From NCBI GenBank assembly GCA_951406725.2, contig OX597831.1, positions 24,552,001 through 24,616,000 on the forward strand: a stretch of DNA of 64,000 bases, in the 5' to 3' direction. Under the pieces are notes generated by a model. That model saw nothing but the letters and a program-made list of their open reading frames with translations, was not told where the DNA came from and did not search any database. Below are positions 55,752 to 64,000 of the stretch, one piece after another. Position numbers and translations under genes: made by a program. This DNA is from Octopus vulgaris (taxonomy: Eukaryota). Position 1 is the first letter of the stretch, and each line of letters opens with the position of its first letter.

Positions 55752-56011
55752 TATATATATATATATACTAACCCCCAATACTTATTCACTATTAATTATT
55801 TATTTATTACTTTATCTTCTTTGAATTCCACTGTTAAAAAGGAATTATTTCACACACACTCACATATATATACATATATAAAATAATAAGGGTGAAAAAT
55901 TGAATATTAATTTGATTAATATCAATTTAAAACCAGTAGCCTAGCATATTAAAATCTGAAGATAGAGAAAAATTATATTACATACATATAAGAGGGATAA
56001 CCACTTATATG

Positions 56012-56062
<51 letters not shown>

Positions 56063-56150
56063 AGAAAGTTTACGAAAATAAACAAAAGATGAAGGCAGGT
56101 GGAGTACAAACAAATAAATGTATTAGTATAGCATTCAGGAATAGAAAAAG

Positions 56151-56188
56151 TCTTTTACGTTTCGAGCCTACGCTCTTCGACAGAAAGA
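56151..56188 (-). ncRNA. Minimal hammerhead, A6U variant, in pLTR-like repeat 56060-56232
   Basis: tcttt-CTGTCGA-a-GAGC gtag GCTC-GAAA-cg-TA-aaaga; perfect stems I and II. Confidence 0.6.
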
Positions 56189-56422
56189 TACACAGAAAAA
56201 AACACGGAGAGAAAAATGCGTGTAGTAGCTAAAGGAAAAGTAAAATTATAGGTGTAAACGAACTTCAATTCATAATCCAAGTTGGTACAAAACCAATATA
56301 CATTCTACAAATAGTTTCAGAGTCTAATTAATTCCAAGACAAAAACATAGAACTCTTCTTGGACTGTACCGGCAGACTTGGATGTTTTACATCCCTTTGA
56401 AGGATTTTAGTCCTCATCTCTT

Positions 56423-56465
<43 letters not shown>

Positions 56466-56744
56466 GAATGAGTGAATATTCAAATGAATACTCATAAAGA
56501 TATTATTATTATCATCATTATTATTAGCAGCAAAGAAAGAATTGAGGCTCTTGCCAGAATTCAAAATCATGATCCGGGTATATCTGTTACCTCATTCTAC
56601 GGTGTTTTAGCTGAAATAGTATGTTAAATTCTACTCATTTGCTCGATTTTTGGTGGTTTGTTGCATACTTTCAATGAGATTGGTGGTTAATTTGGGGTAT
56701 TTACTTTCACTTTCTAGCATGCTGGTGCCTTCCGCTTTCCTTAC

Positions 56745-57040
56745 CAGTGGCTGCACCAGGCTCCAATCTGGTCTGGCAATGTTTCTACAGCTGGATGGCC
56801 TTCCAAAAGCCAATCCCTCTGAGAGTGTAGTGGATGCTTTTTATGGGTCTCCAGCATGGGTGCCAGTCAGGTGGTACTGGCATCGACCATGCTTGTATGG
56901 TGCTCTTTACATGCCACTGGCATGGTAGCCAATTAGGCGGTACTGACATCAACCACACTCGAATGTTACATTTTACATGCCACCGGCCCAGGAACCAATC
57001 CCGTGACACTGGCATTGACGACCCTCAAATGGTGCTTTTT
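56745..57040 (-). mobile_element. Family E retroposon 3' region
   Basis: gctgcaccaggctccaatctg..ctggca..tttctacagctggatg plus sub-repeats. Confidence 0.75.
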
Positions 57041-57591
57041 ACATACTCAGTGATTGATAGAACTTCAGTTTTGATTGAAGACTGGTGTTAGTATTAAGAG
57101 AAGATTTGTGAGTAATATACCTGGGATGCAATAGTGATTGGTTGATGCTGGTCCTCTCTAGGTGACTAAATTCCTCATCTATAGATGTCTTGGTATAACT
57201 TTAATTAAATTTATGCATATACACATATATACATGAGCCAATGGCATGATAATAAACTCACCTTGCCAACTAAGGGAGTTTAAACAACTTGAGAGCAATT
57301 CTCAAGTGCTCTATACTTCAGACAGGAAGAAAATTACTCAAAGGAACTTAACTTTCTCAAAATATTCAAAGCAGGAATCAAAATTATCTATCAAATTTTT
57401 GTGAATAAACATTGCACATTAATACATTAATACATTCACATGTGAGTATTAGCAAGTAAATTCATAAGTACCATCAATGATACTAATTCCATTAATGATG
57501 GTGGTGGTGGTGGTGATGGTCTTACCAACAACACTAGTTCCTAACCACCTGACCCCCCATACACACCACCACACATTATAACAACATTCCT

Positions 57592-57890
<299 letters not shown>

Positions 57891-58201
57891 TAAATCTTTT
57901 AGATCTTCAGTGAGCTCCCTTCCCATTCATAGTTTAAATATTGCTAGAACTAACAATTACATATTATCCTGCTGAAATCAATAAGCTAAGTAATAAAGTT
58001 AGCTTAATTAACAATCCCCGCCCTTGCTCTTATCCTGCTCATAACAAGCCAACAACATTTTGACCATTTGTAAATGACACAAATCGAAATCAATAGCAAC
58101 AGACAAAATTATTGTAGTAATTTAAGTTTTACATTCAGTTGACAAATTTGCCTCTTACACTTCCTGATCAATAACATTACTTGTAAGGCAATGGTATAGT
58201 A

Positions 58202-58430
58202 TTAACCCTATCGTTACCAACCTGGCTGAAACCAGCTCTGGCTCTGAGTACAAATGTTTTGTTTTCATAAGTTTTGAATTAAAATCTTCCACCAAACCTT
58301 AGTCACAATTTATATTCCTAACACTAGCGGAATGATAACTAAGTTATTTTACTAAATTCTTTGTTATATTTAAAATCAATTGAAAGAAACACAGAGCATC
58401 TCAATAGAAATATGGCAATAAAAGGGTTAA
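58202..58430. mobile_element. piggyBac-like MITE family 1
   Basis: TTAA|CCCT...AAAAGGG|TTAA. Confidence 0.85.
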
Positions 58431-58442
58431 CAAATGATTAAT

Positions 58443-58670
58443 TCAACCCTTTCAATACCAATCCGGCTGAAACCAGCTCTGACTCTGAGTACAAATGTCT
58501 GATTTTCATAAGTTTAGAATTAAAATCCTCCACCAAAACTTGGTCACAATTTATGTTCCTAACACTAGCTCAATGATAACTAAGTTATTTTACTAAATTC
58601 TTTGTTATATTTAAATTAATTGAATGAAATACAGAACATCTCAAAATAAATGCAGTAACGAAAGGGTTAA
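58443..58670. mobile_element. piggyBac-like MITE family 1, adjacent copy
   Basis: TCAA|CCCTTT...AAAGGG|TTAA, 12 bp after the previous copy. Confidence 0.85.
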
Positions 58671-59246
58671 ACAACTGTCCTCTACTCTCATTTACCTCTG
58701 TGCTTTCTGACAATATTCAGTAGCCTAGATTTAGACGAGTTGCTTTTATAAATTGGCTTAGCCCCAACTTTACAAAGGGATATGGAGTCTTCATAATGGT
58801 GTGTTGATATTAATGTCATTGGCTTCATAGAACCTGAAAATGCTATGGGCACAGCCCCTTTGAAACAAATCTATTTGAAAGGGAATAAGATGACCTACAC
58901 ACACACACACACAAAAAAAAAAGAAGAAACAGCTGGATAAAATGTATTTTATTGCCTCAAGCTTTAAAATCACCAAATAGTTATATGTGAATACAAATGC
59001 AGATACAGGATCAGAAATGTACATGCATTTACACACATACAATGCACACACAGCACATGTGCGCATGCATGCACACACACACACACACACACACACAAAA
59101 TAGGTTTTTGAAATATATTAATATCTAAAATTCATTGAGAACCAAATTGGAATAGACCACATTGTGCCTTTAGATTCCAATCAAACAATAATTTCAGATT
59201 CTTTTTACTTCATCCACATAGTTCATGACATTGCTGTCTTGTGCAG

Positions 59247-59331
59247 GTAGAATGGACCATTTTGAGACAGGTATTCATTGTAAATTCATCAAAGATTATT
59301 ATCTGCTCTGTCATTCAGCAGAAAGCCAAAG
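59247..59331 (+). CDS. Possible 85-bp internal exon (weak)
   Basis: Acceptor ttgctgtcttgtgcag| and donor AAG|GTATG; open in phase 1 (GRMDHFETGIHCKFIKDYYLLCHSAESQ); no recognised homology. Confidence 0.2.
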
Positions 59332-60717
59332 GTATGCTCTTTTGACAAACTGAATCTGCAAATTAATTTTGGTAGCAATGTTGACAACATTTCCTATAGC
59401 ATATGCAACTAATGTCCTTGTTCTATTCCACCTACTTACAAATTTCTAGTAGTAGTGGATCAAAGAAAGAGATCATTATTATTTTCAGATAATTATTTAC
59501 ATCATTCAGTTAAGGTGAATTCAACTGAGTTTATATAGCTTTGCAGCCTATTCCAAACTTTATTTTTATTTCACATCATACATGATTATATTTCACTTAC
59601 ATTTCTAAGATTCTTTAAAAGACATGTACATCGCAGTCTGATATTAAAATGGTTCACTCTATAACATAATAATTCTTGAAGCTTCAAACACCATGCTTCT
59701 TATGGGAAGAAAATGACAAAATTGAAAGCTCTGGTCAGCTCTAAGAATTCTTTATGTTTGTGTAATATTATTGCATGCAAGCAATTATGATATTTCATGG
59801 TTGTTGCAGAGTTATTGATGTTTTGAAATTATATATATGTATATGCCTTTATATCTTGTCTTAACTACAGCCATCACTCACAATCAAGAGTAACTTAGTA
59901 GCATGCTGAAAATTGCTTTAGGTAACTAAGTAGTCACTGCAGAGTCAGAAATGCACTCAGCCTTCCCACCCTTTTCCCGATGGAACTATTATAATCTGAC
60001 AGCTTGAGGGAGAGAGGACCACACCAGCATCTGGTACTTTAGTATTTTTCTCTAAAGGATGAAAGTAGAATTTTAACTGAGAGCCTTGATGTCCAGAACA
60101 AATATTGTAATGCATTGTAGACAATGTGGTTTTTGTGAAGTCCAGGGGCAGCAAACAGAAGGGCCACCCTGGGCAGCACACTCTCTAAAACCAATAAAAG
60201 GTCTCTTTGGTCATTCATCATCATCATCGTTTAACGTTCGCTTTCCATGCTAGCATGGGTTGTCTATATGAAACAATAATGGTCATTATTATTGTCATTA
60301 TCACTATCATCATCATCATCATAATCATTGCTCACAGCAGGACTTAACCTCTCTTATAAAAGTGACACCAAATACTCTGAGGACCATACCAGCATCTGGT
60401 ACTTTAGTATTTATCTCTAAAGGATGAAAGTAGAATTTCAATTGAGAGCCTTGATGTCCAGAACAAATATTGTAATGCATTCCCTCTTTACAGATATTCT
60501 ACAGAATTTAGAGCCAACAGTGAAAGTTACAGCGTTTTGTATACAAATACATCTATGTAAACAATGTAACTGAAGATAGAAAAATAGGTAAATGGTGTAT
60601 ATACATATTTCTGGAGTTATTGTTCCCTCTTCAGGTGGTATAGATAAAAATGTATGTTTATTTTATTAGTAATTAAATCTCATTTTTACATCATATGTTA
60701 CTGTATTAGCAAATATA

Positions 60718-60850
60718 CACAGGAGTGACTGTGTGGTAAGTAGCTTGCTTACCAACCACATGGTTCTGGGTTCAGTCTGGCTGTGTGGTGCCTTGGGCTG
60801 ACCAAAGCATTGTGAGTGGATTTGGTTGACAGAAACTGAAATAAGCCTGT

Positions 60851-60901
<51 letters not shown>

Positions 60902-61118
60902 CTGTGTCTGTGTTTGTCCCCAGCAACATCACTTGACAATCAATGCTGGTGTGTTTACGTCCCCGTAACTAAGTGGTTTGGTAAAAGAGACCGATAGAAT
61001 AAGTACTAGGCTTACAAAGAATAAGTCCTGGGGTCGATTTATTCGACTAAAGTTGGTACTCCAGCATGGCCACAGTCAAATGACTGAAACATGTAAAAGA
61101 ATAAAAAGAAGAAAAGAA
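60718..61118 (+). mobile_element. SINE family A
   Basis: Near full length with a small internal deletion. Confidence 0.9.
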
Positions 61119-61264
61119 AAGGGAGTAAGTGTGTAACTAAAGCAGAATAAATACCCCCAACATATCAGTTTTCTAGCTGATCTTCATTTCTTCCTAGCCA
61201 TTGTTAACTTCTTTTACTGATATATGAATTAGCAAAATATACATGTGTTATGGGGATAATAGTA

Positions 61265-61560
61265 ATAATGGAACCACCCCTCCCACATGATGAATGGTCA
61301 AGTGATCATGTGACCAACCAGGCTATCATATGTTGTTAAGCATTGCTGGTTTTTGAACTTTTGCATTGTTTTAGCCTTCAGATGATGCCACCCTGCTGGC
61401 TAGATGAGCAGGCCAACAATCCTCTCTGATCGAGGTGGGAACTGGAGGAATATGAAATGAAGTGTTTTGCTCAAGAAAACAATGCACCACCTGGTCAGGG
61501 AAATGAACCATTGATCTAGCGATCATGAGTGCAACAGCTTAACAACTAGGCCACATGACT
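61265..61560 (-). mobile_element. SINE related to family C
   Basis: gaaatgaagtgttttgctcaagaaaacaatgc...aactaggccacatg. Confidence 0.7.
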
Positions 61561-61623
61561 TCATATGATGTACAGTTTATAAGCAATAGTGTATACAATA
61601 ATTTCATTTCTATTATTATTGTA

Positions 61624-61671
<48 letters not shown>

Positions 61672-62125
61672 GATTTATCAAAAGGAGCAACCACTGGTTC
61701 ACTGTATTAGCAAATATAACATTGACAAGGGAGTAAGTGTGTAACTTGGGCAGAATAAATACCACAACATATATCAGCTTTCTAGCTGATCTTGATTTAT
61801 TTTTTCTAGCCATTGTTATTCTGTAGACATTATGAGTAAAGCTATGACCAACCCACTTCTTTTAGTTCTTTAGAGATTAGTAAATTATTTGATACTTCTA
61901 GGAGGTGGAGTTGAGCTTATCACGTAGATCATTTATAGATGGCTCAAGATTATGCTGGTTTGTTAGATAATCCATATTAGCTTTGAAAAATAGTTTTGGG
62001 TGATGATAATTTCATGTAATATAACTTTGTATTTTCACCAATCAATGAAATCTGCCATTATTTTGAAGTTTACCAACTTTTGCTATTGTTAGTCCCAGAA
62101 AATTTTTCAGCACCTTGAGTTGATA

Positions 62126-62502
62126 TACTCTTTTACTTGTTTCAGTCATGTGACTGTGGCCATGCTGGAGCACCGCATTTAGTCAAGCAAATCGACCCCA
62201 GGACTTATTCTTTGTAACCCTAGTACTTATTCTATCGGTCTCTTTTGCCGAACCGCTAAGTTACGGAGATATTGGTTGTCAAGCAATGTTGTGGGGAGGA
62301 CAAACACAAACACACAAACATATACACACACATACATACGAGGGGTTTCTTTCAGTTTCAATCTGCCAAATGCACTCACAAGGCTTTGGTCGGCCCGAGG
62401 CCATAGTAGAAGACACTTGCCCAAGATGCCATGCAGTGGGACTGAACCTGGAACCATGTGGTTCATAAGCAAGCTACTTACCACATAGCCACTCCTACAC
62501 CT
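62126..62502 (-). mobile_element. SINE family A
   Basis: Reverse-complement head and tail. Confidence 0.9.
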
Positions 62503-63584
62503 ATATATATATATCTTATTAATTATATATCACAATTTGCAAACAATAGTTTCATTGGTCACAGTTTTACAACAGATTCATTACTGGGTTACTGTATTTT
62601 ATATGGAAAGAATAATAAGTGCTTCATTTCTTTTTGGGGGTTTTCATTAATATACTTTATTACACTTCATACACATACAAATTATACAAGCAAAATTCAG
62701 TTCAACTCAAGGCTTTGGTAGAAGACACAGAGGGGAGTCAATCCCCAAACCACATGAATGATCCAACGTTGATATCCTGTAATTGGTTCTGGGTTGCTGT
62801 ACATTATCAGGAGGTTGGCTCTGGCCCAAAGCATGTTCAAAGGTGTTTCAGTTATGACAATCCAGTTTATATTTTCTTTCTCAGGTTTCATGTATATTAT
62901 TTTTTAAAAAGTAGAAATGAGTTATCTGAGAGGAATTTTGCTGCTATTTCAAGTGAGTTGAATGACTATGTTGATGTGCCTTTGTTGGCCCAGGTTAGAT
63001 ATTGTTGCCAAAATACTTAATACTTGCTTACTGAATAAATCTAGTTTTAACAGTAGCTGATACACAACAGCCTATCACTAAGAATGCCTCCCATGCGGAA
63101 CCATTTGTCAAAAACAGAAATATAGGAACAGCAAAGCATTCTGGAATGAACAGTGTGTGAATTTCAAGTGGGTTACAATGGCTGGGAGGCTAAGGTACTT
63201 CATTATCCATTACTTAGTTCAGGCAGCCAACTATTTGAAGTGGGACTTGCGTTGTCAAAAATTTTAATATCAAATTATACAAGCTTTCAAATAGTTTAAT
63301 ATCTTGACAGGATCAAAGGCAAGCCTATTATGGATAGAACTTTAGTAACCACCCGAGAGTTAACAGAGCTGTAGTCACATATCAAACATAACTGATTAAG
63401 AAGAGCCATGTGTCAGTTAAGAGAACAGATTAGTTATACTCAATAGAAAATTAGGTAAGACTTTTAAAATTAGTTACGTATGTTAAATCTAGACACTGAT
63501 GTACTTATCTAAATGACTAATAATTCCTAGATTAAACATTAATAAGTCATTATTTGAATCATCAATAACATATGCATATTTCAG

Positions 63585-63618
<34 letters not shown>

Positions 63619-63876
63619 TATATATATGTATGTATATATACATACATGCATATATATATATGTATGTATGTATGCATATATACATACATATATATATATA
63701 TTAATTAATAATAATAATATTAGGGAATAAATCCAAACTTTTATGTATTGGCTTATGTTTTTCAGTTTGATTTGCCTAATAGTAGTTTTATCTCTAATTT
63801 AATATAACATATATATATATAAAATTATATATATCTATACATACATACATACATACATATATATATGTATGTATGT

Positions 63877-63922
<46 letters not shown>

Positions 63923-63935
63923 ACATACATATATA

Positions 63936-63966
<31 letters not shown>

Positions 63967-64000
63967 GAGAACAAATCTGGATGTTTTGCATTCTTGTCCC

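Overview
AT-rich, microsatellite-saturated eukaryotic DNA. The repeat content (tRNA-derived SINEs with CORE-like segments, RTE-type LINE remnants, (TA)n/(TG)n/(GATA)n tracts) is typical of an octopus genome; this is an inference from repeat style. Nearly all ORFs in the track are microsatellite or SINE artefacts. The one convincing coding candidate is a first coding exon at 32695-32905 (+), which lies in a ~9 kb nearly SINE-free zone and is followed by a long repeat-filled probable intron. The window also holds >20 SINE copies of several families, two RTE RT C-terminal relics, piggyBac-like TTAA MITEs, a mariner-like MITE, a 2.2-kb tandem duplication and a 0.73-kb inverted duplication. The most notable signal is a set of about 11 minimal type-I hammerhead ribozyme motifs, 9 of them within 45.5-56.2 kb. 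They belong to several unrelated short elements inserted in TA microsatellites, often in inverted arrangements like Penelope-like retroelement pLTRs. They include intact cores and natural core variants (G3:C8 swap, A6U, A9C). One such element appears to have copied its 3' flank to a site ~5 kb away. All folds were done by eye.
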